Below the pieces are notes generated by a model that searched no databases, was not told the origin of the DNA, and saw only the letters and a program-made list of their open reading frames with translations. DNA of 64,000 bases from the IMG/VR virus record IMGVR_UViG_3300042399_001449; one strand, 5' to 3'. This DNA comes from an uncultured virus (IMG/VR IMGVR_UViG_3300042399_001449) (Duplodnaviria > Heunggongvirae > Uroviricota > Caudoviricetes). Both the position numbers and the translations under genes were made by a program. Below, piece after piece: positions 49,695 to 58,683 of the stretch; the first letter of the stretch is position 1; every line of letters starts with the position of its first letter.

Positions 49695-49874
49695 TTATTC
49701 GCGATCAATATAATAACGGGCTGAATCTAATTTCTTTAAAGCTCTTGACAAATTGTCTAGAGCAGATTCTTTATCTATTTTACCCTCTTCTAACATTTTG
49801 CCAGTAACTCTAACAATTTCTCGAGCATCTTCGATATCGTCTGTAATTTTTGCTTTGAATTTGTAATGTGCCAT
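49695..49874 (-). CDS. Small hypothetical protein (59 aa; not in track)
   Basis: MAHYKFKAKITDDIEDAREIVRVTGKMLEEGK...; AAAGGA SD and late motif 49892-49899. Confidence 0.75.
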   Translation of the reverse strand: MAHYKFKAKITDDIEDAREIVRVTGKMLEEGKIDKESALDNLSRALKKLDSARYYIDRE

Positions 49875-49899
49875 AACTTTATTTCCTTTATTATAAATA

Positions 49900-50928
49900 T
49901 TAAGATTCTAAAATCAATGCCCTATTTTGAGTGCATTCTACGCCTACACGCATCAAAGCCTGCTCTTTTGCCTTTGCTTCTACCATAATATCTAAATCAT
50001 CAACGCCATAAGACTTTGGTAAGTCTAAAATAAAGTCAGCATGAGCCTGTTCTTTGATCTTGGTAAATTCTTTGTATTGTTTGTGGAAGGTTGGATAATC
50101 TTCAATGTTATCCATAGAGATACCATGATGCTCAAACATACGTTCTACCATGGTTTGATACTCTCTACGACGAGATTCTGAATAATGGGTACATTGAGTC
50201 ACACCATGCTTCTGCCAAGTGCTACGAGCCATCAAAAAGGCTTCTTCTTCAGACAAATCACCGGTATTGAAAGTGTGGTGCCAATAATCAAATGTAATTG
50301 GAATATCAATTTGAGAATGAACACGCTCATATAAGTCACGCACTGAATACATTGATGCCTTGTCATCATTCTCGATAACTAAACGAGCTTTGCATGAATC
50401 TGACAAACGATCGTAATTTTGCAACCAACGCTCAATTGTAGCATCTTTGTCGCCATAAGTAGAACCAATATGAATATTGATCTTGTTTTCAAAGCTAGGA
50501 GCAAAGCCCATCATATCAAATAATTCAGAATGGCGTTCTAAACTAACCAAACTATTATCAACAACATGGTCTTGCGGACTACCTAGAATATGAAATGGAC
50601 CAGGGTGGGTTGTAATGCGATGGTTATGAGCCTTAGCATAATCACCTGCTGCACGAAGATGTTGTGCAATTTCTGCAATCTGCGGAAGTTCTTCTAGGCG
50701 ATAATGATTCCACCTAGGAAATAATTCTGAACCCAAACGAAACAATGTAATGCCATTTGCTTCATTCCATTCTAGAATAGTTAACAAGTCACGGGCATTT
50801 GCTAATGCAATCTCGCCGGCCAATTGTAAACCACCTTGTTGAAACTTTTTGTCAATCATTGTTCGACCTGTGCGAATATTTTTTGCACTCAACTCTGTGT
50901 TGATGCAGGCATAACCGAATCTTATCAT
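49900..50928 (-). CDS. uvsE: UV damage endonuclease UvsE/UvdE
   Basis: RFGYACIN, FRLGSELFP, THPGPF..LGS, INIHIG, RLVIENDD, FDYWHH, HYSES, AHAD, MVEAKAKE motifs. Confidence 0.95.
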   Translation of the reverse strand: MIRFGYACINTELSAKNIRTGRTMIDKKFQQGGLQLAGEIALANARDLLTILEWNEANGITLFRLGSELFPRWNHYRLEELPQIAEIAQHLRAAGDYAKAHNHRITTHPGPFHILGSPQDHVVDNSLVSLERHSELFDMMGFAPSFENKINIHIGSTYGDKDATIERWLQNYDRLSDSCKARLVIENDDKASMYSVRDLYERVHSQIDIPITFDYWHHTFNTGDLSEEEAFLMARSTWQKHGVTQCTHYSESRRREYQTMVERMFEHHGISMDNIEDYPTFHKQYKEFTKIKEQAHADFILDLPKSYGVDDLDIMVEAKAKEQALMRVGVECTQNRALILES

Positions 50929-50944
50929 ATATGGATTTTTTTAT

Positions 50945-50973
50945 ATTATATGAAAAATAATTCATAAACACAA
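50945..50973 (-). promoter_or_regulatory. Sigma70-like promoter TTGTGT-N17-TATAAT (uvsE)
   Basis: 17-nt spacer and consensus -10. Confidence 0.6.
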
Positions 50974-51011
50974 AATTAAAATGCTTTTTTATTAAACTAA
51001 TATTTATTAAT

Positions 51012-52136
51012 ATGATACAATTAAAATCATTATTCAATGAACAAGGAGCTGTAATGCGACAAGGGCCATCTGACCCTAACGCAATAAAAGGGGCATTTAA
51101 TGCACAGCGAATTGCTCAACAAATATATGATGCAAAAGGCACTTTTTCAGATGATGAAGAAAAAGTAATGCCAGCAATACAAGCAATAAAAAATACCAAA
51201 CAATATATTGAAGTTAATAAAGAATTACAAAAATTAACTGGCGGTCGTGGGATGGGTGAATATCTAACTAGTTTTTTAGATATCAATCCGAGATTAATGA
51301 TTGCTAGTTATTTATTACAATTTATACCTGCAAACCAATGGGGCTGGACAATTAAAAAAATAGTTCCATGGAATGACTTTAGAACAGTAGCACAAAACGA
51401 TCCGAGTATATATGATAAATGGAAAGCTGGTGAAACTAGTATAGGAGAAGAAAAAGCTCTTATTAAATTGATGAATGGTCCATATAAACAAGCTTGGTCT
51501 AAATGGAGTTCATTATCAGCTGGGGAACAATTGAATGCTTGGTGGAAAGATAATGGACATACAGTTTTAACAGTATTACAAATCGGCACAGCATTTCTCC
51601 CGGTTATAGGATGGGCAGTGTCAGCAGGTATTGGATTAATTGATGCAAATGAATATCGAAAAGAGGGCGATCCTAAAACAGCTGGACTTGTTGCTTTATT
51701 TTCAGTGATGCCAGGTATTGGTAAACTTGTACAAAAAATACCTGGAATGAATCAATTAGGCAAAAAAGGAATGTCACTATTAGCTAAAAAATTGAGTATA
51801 GCAAAAACTACGGCTGTGAAATTTTCAGCTGTTGAAATGGAAGTTATCAATGAATTAGCTAAAAATAATATCTTTATCAAACAACAAATTGAAGTGTTCT
51901 TAAAAACAGGAATTGCTAAAAGTGCAAAACAAGTTGCTGCATCAAAGGCAAAATCATATGTAAAATCAGGATTACTTAATTTTGCAAAGATTGCTGCTCC
52001 AGTAGGAGGCGCATTAGGTGTTGCAGCAGGATATAATTATACATACGATTCAGCAACAGCAGCAACGCCAGAACAAATACAACAACAATTGTTACAAGAT
52101 TTGGATCAATTATATAAACAAGAAATGAAAAAATGA
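51012..52136 (+). CDS. Hypothetical protein with MIQLKSLFNE leader, annexin-like segment and hydrophobic hairpin
   Basis: AQQIYDAKGTFSDDEEKV...; GTAFLPVIGWAVSAGIGLIDA...MPGIG; TATTTATT at 51001-51008. Confidence 0.7.
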   Translation: MIQLKSLFNEQGAVMRQGPSDPNAIKGAFNAQRIAQQIYDAKGTFSDDEEKVMPAIQAIKNTKQYIEVNKELQKLTGGRGMGEYLTSFLDINPRLMIASYLLQFIPANQWGWTIKKIVPWNDFRTVAQNDPSIYDKWKAGETSIGEEKALIKLMNGPYKQAWSKWSSLSAGEQLNAWWKDNGHTVLTVLQIGTAFLPVIGWAVSAGIGLIDANEYRKEGDPKTAGLVALFSVMPGIGKLVQKIPGMNQLGKKGMSLLAKKLSIAKTTAVKFSAVEMEVINELAKNNIFIKQQIEVFLKTGIAKSAKQVAASKAKSYVKSGLLNFAKIAAPVGGALGVAAGYNYTYDSATAATPEQIQQQLLQDLDQLYKQEMKK

Positions 52137-52867
52137 GTAACTCAAAACAATCATTAAATGAATTAAACCCATTGGAATATGCAGCAGTTATTTCCATAGG
52201 TGGATTAGCTATAAAAGGCATTGCTGCAGTAATTGCCAGAAAACTAGCAAAAAAATACGGCGTATTGGAACGTGGAAAAACATTGTTATCTTATATGTGG
52301 AACCGTAATAAATTAAAGGCAGCTGGAGTAACAGATAATGAAATGGGTGCTTTATATGCAAATGGCGGAGCAGCTATAGTTGATTTAGGCAAACAATTTA
52401 CAAAAGAAGTCTTTGAGAAAGTTAAAGCAGGTAAAATAACTCCAGAACAAGCAATTAATGATTTAGATGGTATTATTCCTGAATCTGCTAGACAGGATTG
52501 GCTGAAAAAATTTAAAACAATTGCACCTGCAGGAGCGAAGGCAGGATCATCAATATTGAAGGCTACATATAGTAAAATAGTCGGACCTGCAGTTACTAAA
52601 GATGTAATGGAAGCAGCTCTTACTAAGGTATATGGAGCTGAAGGTCTTGCTAAGGCTAAACGTGCATATCAAGTATATTTAGATCAATACAATGCCGGCA
52701 AATTAGTAGTACCATTTAAAAATAAATCTATATTTCCCAATATAGATGATTGGACTGCTGCTACTGGATGGAAACCTAAAAATCCTAATTTAGGATTCAA
52801 TGACAAATTAATGCAACAAAAAAGTGCATATCGTTGGCATAAACTTATATGGACATTACATCACTAA
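52133..52867 (+). CDS. Hypothetical protein with N-terminal hydrophobic helix
   Basis: ATGA overlap with the upstream gene; SLNE site followed by a hydrophobic segment. Confidence 0.7.
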   Translation: MSNSKQSLNELNPLEYAAVISIGGLAIKGIAAVIARKLAKKYGVLERGKTLLSYMWNRNKLKAAGVTDNEMGALYANGGAAIVDLGKQFTKEVFEKVKAGKITPEQAINDLDGIIPESARQDWLKKFKTIAPAGAKAGSSILKATYSKIVGPAVTKDVMEAALTKVYGAEGLAKAKRAYQVYLDQYNAGKLVVPFKNKSIFPNIDDWTAATGWKPKNPNLGFNDKLMQQKSAYRWHKLIWTLHH

Positions 52868-52881
52868 GTTATATAATGTAA

Positions 52882-52889
52882 TATTTATA
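52882..52889 (+). promoter_or_regulatory. Putative late promoter TATTTATA (plus strand)
   Basis: Motif flips orientation with gene strand. Confidence 0.6.
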
Positions 52890-52921
52890 TTTAAAATAGA
52901 AAAAACATTCAAAAGGAAATT

Positions 52922-53524
52922 ATGATTAAATTAAAAAACATATTACAAGAAAATATGCGTAGCTTCGGAACTAAGAATTTATTAACCGAACAAGGAGCAG
53001 CTATTGAATTAATAGGTATGCCTCAAGTTAAAGCTGCAACGCAATTCTTTAAAGCAGCATATGATAAGCAAGTACCTGCTCCTAATTACATATTAGGACA
53101 ATATTATTTGAAAACAAACCCGACAGATTTTAACGCTGACGTTCGTAAAAATTATTTCGGTAAAGTTTTAGGTTTTGGACTAGTTCGATTCGGTACAATG
53201 ACTATACCATTGTTAACCAATGGCGCGCAAGACGAAGGCGGATCATTTCAATTTAACCCGGACCAAGTTACCCCGCAAGGGTATGACCTAGCATGGAAGG
53301 AATTGAGATTCTACTCGGAACCTTTTGGTCCTGTACCTAAAGATTCCGCAGGCATGGCGAACAAAATTAATGCAGCATTTAATCAAATACCATTAAAAGA
53401 TATTCAAGCTATGTATGCTGCAACAAAGAATAAATATAACGCGCAAATTGTAGCATTCAAAGCATCGAAAGCTCCAGTATTAGCATTATTGACAGGAAAT
53501 GCTAAAGCTTTCTACGGAGTATAA
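52922..53524 (+). CDS. Hypothetical protein, paralog of 53538..54149, MIKLKNILQE leader
   Basis: Shares PQV.AAT.FFKAA.DK...YILGQYYLK and LLTGNAKAF.GV with the next gene. Confidence 0.8.
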   Translation: MIKLKNILQENMRSFGTKNLLTEQGAAIELIGMPQVKAATQFFKAAYDKQVPAPNYILGQYYLKTNPTDFNADVRKNYFGKVLGFGLVRFGTMTIPLLTNGAQDEGGSFQFNPDQVTPQGYDLAWKELRFYSEPFGPVPKDSAGMANKINAAFNQIPLKDIQAMYAATKNKYNAQIVAFKASKAPVLALLTGNAKAFYGV

Positions 53525-53537
53525 ATAAAAGTAAAAT

Positions 53538-53593
53538 ATGAAGAATCTTTTATCAGAAAATATGATGCGATTTGGAACTAAGAATTTATCTGA
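53538..53593 (+). repeat. 56-bp near-identical repeat encoding the leader; second copy 54871..54926
   Basis: ATGAAGAATCTTTTATCAGAAAAYATGATGCGATTTGGAACTAAGAATTTRTCTGA, two synonymous mismatches. Confidence 0.9.
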
Positions 53594-54149
53594 ATCAAAC
53601 ATTAGAAACATTAATAAATCTTTATTAACTGAAGGGGAAGTTGATTTAATGAAACTTCCGCAAGTTGCCGCAGCAACAAAATTCTTTAAAGCTGCGTGGG
53701 ATAAGCGAGTTCAAAAACCTAGTTATATATTAGGTCAATATTATTTAAAATCTGATCGAGAAACTAACTTCGAAACTGCATATCGTTATATGGGAAGTGT
53801 AGTTGGTTTTAAATTAGCTAGATTCGGAACCTTAGTATTACCAGTTCCAGATTTATATATGGGTGGTAGATGGCAATTTGAAGGTACTGGAGCAAATGGT
53901 CCAATCGGCTTCAGTCAATTAATGTGGGATACTTCAGCTATAACTATAGAACCAAATATAAAGCCAGCTGATGCAGCAGCTTGGATCAATGAGGTATTTA
54001 ATCAAATGCCACTTAAAGATATCCAAGCATTATATAATGCTTCGCCAGGAAAACCAAAATATGATACATATATTGCACAGTTAAAAACAGCAACAACTCC
54101 AATTAAGCCATTACTAACTGGCAATGCTAAAGCATTCTTTGGTGTATAA
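53538..54149 (+). CDS. Hypothetical protein, paralog of 52922..53524
   Basis: End-to-end similarity; leader MKNLLSENMMRFGTKNLSE. Confidence 0.8.
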   Translation: MKNLLSENMMRFGTKNLSESNIRNINKSLLTEGEVDLMKLPQVAAATKFFKAAWDKRVQKPSYILGQYYLKSDRETNFETAYRYMGSVVGFKLARFGTLVLPVPDLYMGGRWQFEGTGANGPIGFSQLMWDTSAITIEPNIKPADAAAWINEVFNQMPLKDIQALYNASPGKPKYDTYIAQLKTATTPIKPLLTGNAKAFFGV

Positions 54150-54165
54150 ATAAAAAATATATAAT

Positions 54166-54200
54166 GTAGGATAGGGGCTTTAATTAGCCCCTATTTTACT
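54166..54200. terminator. Terminator between convergent genes
   Basis: ATAGGGGCT-TTAATT-AGCCCCTAT followed by TTTACT. Confidence 0.85.
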
Positions 54201-54741
54201 ATTCGATAAAACATTGTGCACATTCCACATCGATGTTAATATTATTAAAGGTTAATACCGACCAAGTGTCTGAAAAATCTTTAATCATAATAACATGATC
54301 AATTAAATCTGGAATACCGGTATTATATAATTCTAAGATTTCAATTGTCTGAATATTATTTTTAAAATCATTAACATCTAAACTAAATTTTCCTACAATT
54401 TTCCTAGTATGATTAAATGTTGCTGTTAAGACCTCATCTGCATTTTTATCTGACATATAATCGTATCCATTAGAAAAATACATTGTGTCTGGAATTAATT
54501 TAAAGTATCCATGATTCCATTTAGTAAATCGATCATATGCTGAAATAAATGAATCTTTAATACTAGATTCTAATTTATTAACACGGCCGGAAACAACCAT
54601 ATTTCTAACGTGTGCTCCTGTATATTCAATACCGTAACGGTCTAATACTGCATTTTCAACTTCATTTAACATCGTAAATGTTATTTGCGAATATGTAACA
54701 GAATTAATTGCAATGGCTAATACTAATAATAACTTTTTCAT
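54199..54741 (-). CDS. Exported hypothetical protein
   Basis: Signal peptide MKKLLLVLAIAINSVTYS/Q. Confidence 0.7.
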   Translation of the reverse strand: MKKLLLVLAIAINSVTYSQITFTMLNEVENAVLDRYGIEYTGAHVRNMVVSGRVNKLESSIKDSFISAYDRFTKWNHGYFKLIPDTMYFSNGYDYMSDKNADEVLTATFNHTRKIVGKFSLDVNDFKNNIQTIEILELYNTGIPDLIDHVIMIKDFSDTWSVLTFNNINIDVECAQCFIE

Positions 54742-54781
54742 CTCTTTTTAATTTAACTGATTAACTATTTAATTATACTAT

Positions 54782-54810
54782 ATAATAAGAAGAATAATTC
54801 ATGAATCCAA
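54782..54810 (-). promoter_or_regulatory. Sigma70-like promoter TTGGAT-N17-TATTAT
   Basis: 17-nt spacer; back-to-back with the plus-strand late motif at 54837-54844. Confidence 0.6.
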
Positions 54811-54870
54811 TCTATATGGTATTTTAATTTTGCTTATATTTATAATAAAGAATTTTAAAACAAGGAAAAT

Positions 54871-55491
54871 ATGAAGAATCTTTTATCAGAAAACATGATG
54901 CGATTTGGAACTAAGAATTTGTCTGAGGCAGCTCAGAAAGAATTAGTTATAAAATCAATTATGGAAACTATTGAACAACATGGATTATATAATGTAATTC
55001 GTAAAAAATTATCAGAACAAACAACAGTAAAACCAGGTGCAAAGGTAAATGTTGATTCACCAAGTAAAGGCCTAGTAGCAATGCCAGTGCCTACGGATTC
55101 AAAAACACAAGGTATGGCATCTAAAATTATCGGTGGCATAATGAAAGCAACAGGCGGAATTGATGATAATAAAACAGTACAAAGTTTAGTATATTCAATT
55201 AAAACACCGGAACTATATTATGCATGTTTATATATGGTTGCACATTCTCCTGCAGTTAAAGCAAATTATGGTTTTAATTTTAGTACGGTTTGTAACATGT
55301 TAGGACAAGATATGACCCATGCAGCTGGTGCGAAAGGCGCATATGCTCCAGGTAGTAGAATTAAAATGGATTCTCCAGGTGCAATGGTTGCAAAAGCAAC
55401 AGGCTATGAAGGTATGTATAGAGATATCGAACGTCACTTGCAACAATTCAATTTAGAGGAAGAATTACCAACAGAAAAAAATAATGCTTAA
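54871..55491 (+). CDS. Hypothetical protein with MKNLLSENMMRFGTKNLSE leader
   Basis: Leader identical to 53538, but the body is unrelated; AAGGA SD; late motif upstream. Confidence 0.75.
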   Translation: MKNLLSENMMRFGTKNLSEAAQKELVIKSIMETIEQHGLYNVIRKKLSEQTTVKPGAKVNVDSPSKGLVAMPVPTDSKTQGMASKIIGGIMKATGGIDDNKTVQSLVYSIKTPELYYACLYMVAHSPAVKANYGFNFSTVCNMLGQDMTHAAGAKGAYAPGSRIKMDSPGAMVAKATGYEGMYRDIERHLQQFNLEEELPTEKNNA

Positions 55492-55498
55492 ATAAAAA

Positions 55499-55534
55499 AA
55501 AGCCCCTTCCTAATAAGTTGGGGCTTTTTTACTG
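55499..55534 (+). terminator. Terminator (probably bidirectional); identical to 11604..11639
   Basis: AAAGCCCCTTCCTAATAAGTTGGGGCTTTTTTACTG. Confidence 0.9.
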
Positions 55535-55547
55535 TTATATAACTAAA

Positions 55548-55745
55548 TTATTTAATTCTTCGAATAACTTTTCTTGCTAATAATGGGATTGTAATCGCTA
55601 AAATTGCAATTGATAAGATATTCAAATCATACAACCATCCTTCAAACAATGGGCCTTGACCTTTTGCTGGAGTTTGTGTAAAAATTGTGAATACTACTAA
55701 TTTAAAAAATAATGCTGCTGCAAATAAAACTACTAACTTTTTCAT
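55548..55745 (-). CDS. Small two-TM membrane protein
   Basis: Two hydrophobic helices and a basic C-terminus. Confidence 0.7.
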   Translation of the reverse strand: MKKLVVLFAAALFFKLVVFTIFTQTPAKGQGPLFEGWLYDLNILSIAILAITIPLLARKVIRRIK

Positions 55746-55783
55746 AACTCTTTAATTTTAATTAATAACTCTTTTATATTATT

Positions 55784-55812
55784 ATAATAAGAAATTAATT
55801 AATCAATTCCAA
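55784..55812 (-). promoter_or_regulatory. Sigma70-like promoter TTGGAA-N17-TATTAT
   Basis: 17-nt spacer; upstream of 55745. Confidence 0.6.
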
Positions 55813-55829
55813 CCGAATCTTAGAAAAAG

Positions 55830-56414
55830 TTAATCTTTTTTTACGAATCCATTTAAAAAGTCTCGTTGCTTTTGAATTGCAACATCTAACTCTGTTGGCT
55901 CTGCAACTTTTCGTTTTCTTGTATTATTTGCAGTGTTTCTTGCAGCGCTAGATTTAGTATCCACTTTTGTGCTAGATCGTTTGGATCTTGCTTTTGTATC
56001 TTTAACAATAATACTTGTAGAATCTGATCCGCTTTCTCTACTATCAGCTGCGATTTTAGTTGCTGACCCTCCGGTGATAATAGAAACTGTTTTAATTGGT
56101 CTTGATTTGGGTTGATTTCGCTCGGTTTCAATGCGTCTCGTGAGTTCGTCTTGTCCAATTGACTTTGTGGTTTCATAAAGGATGTATCCAACGCTATACG
56201 ACGTCTTTTCGTTCTGAATCTCCATACCACACGGATAATTCGTTTTATCAACTGATTGAACCGTATATTGAATACCCCAACCAACTTTTTTAAATTTAGT
56301 AACATAACCACATTGTTTTTGACCCATCCAAGAAAAGAAAACCGCTGCTCCTGATTGGAACTGCGGCTTCTCAAATTTTTTCTGAACGGCATCTGTTATT
56401 TTTTGTTTTGCCAT
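55830..56414 (-). CDS. Hypothetical protein with basic C-terminal region
   Basis: ATG start and operon fit favour this frame over 55886..56392. Confidence 0.6.
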   Translation of the reverse strand: MAKQKITDAVQKKFEKPQFQSGAAVFFSWMGQKQCGYVTKFKKVGWGIQYTVQSVDKTNYPCGMEIQNEKTSYSVGYILYETTKSIGQDELTRRIETERNQPKSRPIKTVSIITGGSATKIAADSRESGSDSTSIIVKDTKARSKRSSTKVDTKSSAARNTANNTRKRKVAEPTELDVAIQKQRDFLNGFVKKD

Positions 56415-56420
56415 TTGATT

Positions 56421-56861
56421 TTAATTAGTGCATATAACTGATACCTGATTGATTATATTAAATACCCTTAGATATCTAGTAATTTTATCACGCTTAAACA
56501 TTTTCTCCATTTCTTTATCTCTACGAAGAATATATCCAGACTCAAAGAAACGATATACAATTTGCCGTACTGATCTGATACTATTAGATTCAACCATTAT
56601 ATTTTCATCATCTATCATGACTTCAACATAATCAGCACCGGCCGGCAATTGTTTAGGACGTTCATCATATTGAGCAGATTCAACTAATGATTCTTTAATC
56701 ATATCAAATACGCGTCCTAAATCAATTCCTTTTGATTCTCGGATCAAAGCCCCTTCATACAATTCAAACAAGAATTGCATTTTTTCAGCTTTTGGAAGTT
56801 TTTTGAAGTAACTATATTCTGCATAGTTAACTTGCATTGTATCAAATACTGATTTCATCAT
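56421..56861 (-). CDS. Hypothetical protein
   Basis: ORF track. Confidence 0.7.
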   Translation of the reverse strand: MMKSVFDTMQVNYAEYSYFKKLPKAEKMQFLFELYEGALIRESKGIDLGRVFDMIKESLVESAQYDERPKQLPAGADYVEVMIDDENIMVESNSIRSVRQIVYRFFESGYILRRDKEMEKMFKRDKITRYLRVFNIINQVSVICTN

Positions 56862-57021
56862 TACGCACCTGTTTTATTTCAAATAAACTTATAACTGCGT
56901 CAAGTGGCAGTCTTTTAATTTCCATGACCATAGTCTGGGCTTCATCTAAGTTATTTGCATTTACTCGGCCAATAACTTCTCTTGAAGAATCTGATTTATA
57001 ATAATACACATACGTTGTCAT
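56842..57021 (-). CDS. Small hypothetical protein (59 aa; not in track)
   Basis: MTTYVYYYKSDSSREVIGRVNANNLDEAQTMVMEIKRLPLDAVISLFEIKQV...; fills the gap; late motif 57041-57048. Confidence 0.65.
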   Translation of the reverse strand: MTTYVYYYKSDSSREVIGRVNANNLDEAQTMVMEIKRLPLDAVISLFEIKQVRNDEISI

Positions 57022-57039
57022 AAGCGTGCCTATATTTTA

Positions 57040-57432
57040 TTATAAATATAAACCTAGCTCATATCCTTTGATAGCTGAGTTAAGTGAATCATTCAATGTT
57101 TCGAATAATTTTCCAATTTCCATTCTAGTTAGCATAAATACACGCCCTTTAATAGAAACTTCAAATGTCTCAGTTTTAGCAGTACGTTCTGCATATAAAT
57201 TAGTAGACAATGTTCCTATTGATTTCGTATAAGAAATTAAATCTTTATAACGCATAGGAATCGAAGTGGTTACTACGTGTAGTGAACCCATTGTTACATT
57301 CATTGGATCTTCCCGGAAGACTTCTGCAGAAATTTTAGATTCGAATGTAAAATCTAAGTCTGCCCATGTATTGCCGTAACGATTTCTCATTTTGTCGCTA
57401 ATAGCCCATGGTTGATTGATACTTGTTGTCAT
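57040..57432 (-). CDS. Hypothetical protein
   Basis: ORF track. Confidence 0.7.
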   Translation of the reverse strand: MTTSINQPWAISDKMRNRYGNTWADLDFTFESKISAEVFREDPMNVTMGSLHVVTTSIPMRYKDLISYTKSIGTLSTNLYAERTAKTETFEVSIKGRVFMLTRMEIGKLFETLNDSLNSAIKGYELGLYL

Positions 57433-57437
57433 TTTTG

Positions 57438-58097
57438 TTAGAATTTATAAATTAATACTGTATATACGTCATTTGCGTAGTTATGTCGAATTGTTACATA
57501 TCGATATTTTTCAATCAACATATCCATCACTAAACCAGGATGTACATAAAAGAATCCTTCGTGGTGTTGGTTGTTAATTGGCGACAATAAATTAAATGCT
57601 ACTACAGAACCAGCTGCATCATACATTAACTCAATGTCATTGAATAATTTTTGAAGATCTTTATCTTCAGTATCACATCTTCGTTGTGTGAATACCCCCG
57701 ATGCTACTACCCAATCATATGTATTTAGTTTGACAGGTGGTTTCTCAAAAGCTCCGGTGATGATATCATATCCATATTTTTGTTTAGCTAAATCTGCCAT
57801 TAATGGATTATGATCAATTCCAGTATATGGAGGATGTTCTCCATAAAAATCATTAATGAAGTTACACATATCCGCTCTACCACATCCGATGTCTAAAATT
57901 GTTTGTGTAGGCAAATATCCTACTAATAAGTTTTGAAACAAATAATGTTGTTCATTTGTATCATGATATCCTACTGGCTTTGGACTATATAACATATAAT
58001 CTAAATCAGTCGGTTGTAAGCCATCCCAATACTGTTTCGTTTCGTCTGGGGCATCAAGGATACTAGTTATCTTGTTTTGTATATCTTCTTGTTTCAT
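57438..58097 (-). CDS. Class I SAM-dependent methyltransferase
   Basis: ILDIGCGRAD motif I, YTGID motif II, YDWVVASGVF. Confidence 0.88.
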   Translation of the reverse strand: MKQEDIQNKITSILDAPDETKQYWDGLQPTDLDYMLYSPKPVGYHDTNEQHYLFQNLLVGYLPTQTILDIGCGRADMCNFINDFYGEHPPYTGIDHNPLMADLAKQKYGYDIITGAFEKPPVKLNTYDWVVASGVFTQRRCDTEDKDLQKLFNDIELMYDAAGSVVAFNLLSPINNQHHEGFFYVHPGLVMDMLIEKYRYVTIRHNYANDVYTVLIYKF

Positions 58098-58390
58098 CTT
58101 TGTCTGTGAATTCGATTAGCAATACGTTCTTTATTTTGATGTTTTCTTTCGTCCGACATCATTTTCTTTAAAGGATGTGTACGATTCATGTTACGTTCGG
58201 TACGTGCGGTTAAAAGTGCATTATTCCAAGCTTCTTCAATCGTATCACAATCTTCTAGTAAAAAAACATCATTCAAGTTCTGTTCTTGCCATTCAATAAA
58301 GTAATGTCCGGAAGGCGACACTGATAGCATCGCCCCTGGATATTGTTTTTTTACTTGTTTTTGTATGGTTTCGAGTTTAATCATTACCAA
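58094..58390 (-). CDS. Hypothetical protein
   Basis: ORF track; overlapping start/stop with neighbours. Confidence 0.7.
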   Translation of the reverse strand: MVMIKLETIQKQVKKQYPGAMLSVSPSGHYFIEWQEQNLNDVFLLEDCDTIEEAWNNALLTARTERNMNRTHPLKKMMSDERKHQNKERIANRIHRQR

Positions 58391-58683
58391 GAAGCTTTAC
58401 CTGCAGAATTAGCATCTAAGTGTGGAAGTTGTTCATTTGCTACTAACTCTTTATATGGTATAGTAGAACGAATCATTTCAGTATCACACAATTTAGCAGT
58501 TAATGCTTTATTAATGAAAGTTTTAGCACTATTCGATGTTCCTATCATTACTAATGCTGATCGACTCTCTAATAAGATGTCATATACTGATAATTTGTTG
58601 ATAATTCGTTTTGCTAAAACGACGCCTAATTGATTTTTGTCTTCTGTTGTGACAATTACTTCATCTCCTGCCTTGAATGCCAT
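58384..58683 (-). CDS. Hypothetical protein (KOW/SH3-like N-terminus)
   Basis: FKAGDEVIV...LGVV...YDILL. Confidence 0.6.
   Translation of the reverse strand: MAFKAGDEVIVTTEDKNQLGVVLAKRIINKLSVYDILLESRSALVMIGTSNSAKTFINKALTAKLCDTEMIRSTIPYKELVANEQLPHLDANSAGKASW

Noticed and set aside
1220..50852. Many plus-strand ORFs of 60-165 aa (e.g. 1220, 4416, 6349, 8098, 11032, 19701, 23123)
   Set aside because: Antisense shadows of long, well-supported minus-strand genes, often with non-ATG starts and no recognisable motifs.
55886..56392. 168-aa alternative-frame ORF inside 55830..56414
   Set aside because: No separate start signal or motif. The overlapped frame fits the operon better, although dual coding is not strictly excluded.
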